Part shown: positions 26,963-27,023 of the stretch, piece after piece | Numbering within the stretch: the stretch's first letter is position 1 | Layout of the letters: each line of letters starts with the position of its first letter | DNA from: Candidatus Hodarchaeota archaeon | Lineage (GTDB): Archaea; Asgardarchaeota; Lokiarchaeia; Sigyniarchaeales; SOKP01 | Direction of reading: 5' to 3' | Length of the DNA stretch: 27,023 nucleotides | NCBI GenBank assembly: GCA_048887225.1 | Contig: JBHLJY010000028.1 | Location: 1 to 27,023 of the forward strand | Program-made: the position numbers and the translations under genes | Notes under the pieces: generated by a model | Databases searched by the model: none | What the model saw: the letters and a program-made list of their open reading frames with translations, nothing else | What the model was told of the DNA's origin: nothing

Positions 26963-27023
26963 TTTATTAAGAGATAATTATTTACGGTCTTATTTCTTTA
27001 AAAACTTCGGGTTCTTTATTTCC

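Overview
AT-rich archaeal DNA, most likely Asgard (Lokiarchaeia). The evidence is a Loki-CTERM-type sorting tail (IPGY + TM + KK), a longin/uDENN-type eukaryotic signature protein and an archaeal-type riboflavin operon (ribB-ribC-ribH-gch3-arfB). The left 16.8 kb holds a partial GPH/MFS transporter, a methyltransferase/Ddl-type ATP-grasp fusion, an RHH regulator, HdeD, CorA, a folliculin/NPRL2-like longin protein, a U32-family Fe-S protein, a surface GH53-LamG enzyme and the riboflavin operon. The right 10 kb is the main observation. Accessory genes (GNAT, HEXXH membrane protease, putative glycoside hydrolase, S8 protease, alpha/beta hydrolase, small ORFs) are divided into modules by seven co-oriented 28-bp sites with an 11-6-11 inverted-arm layout and conserved right arm AGAKATAAGAT. 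The 6-bp spacers alternate between GTTCTA and AGTTCA, and the flanking sequences appear swapped between sites. This is what a tyrosine-recombinase (dif/pdif- or integron-like) gene-cassette array would look like, but no recombinase is encoded in the window, so the mechanism is inference. Three small ORFs missed by the ORF track were also found. No rRNA, tRNA, CRISPR array or transposase was recognised.
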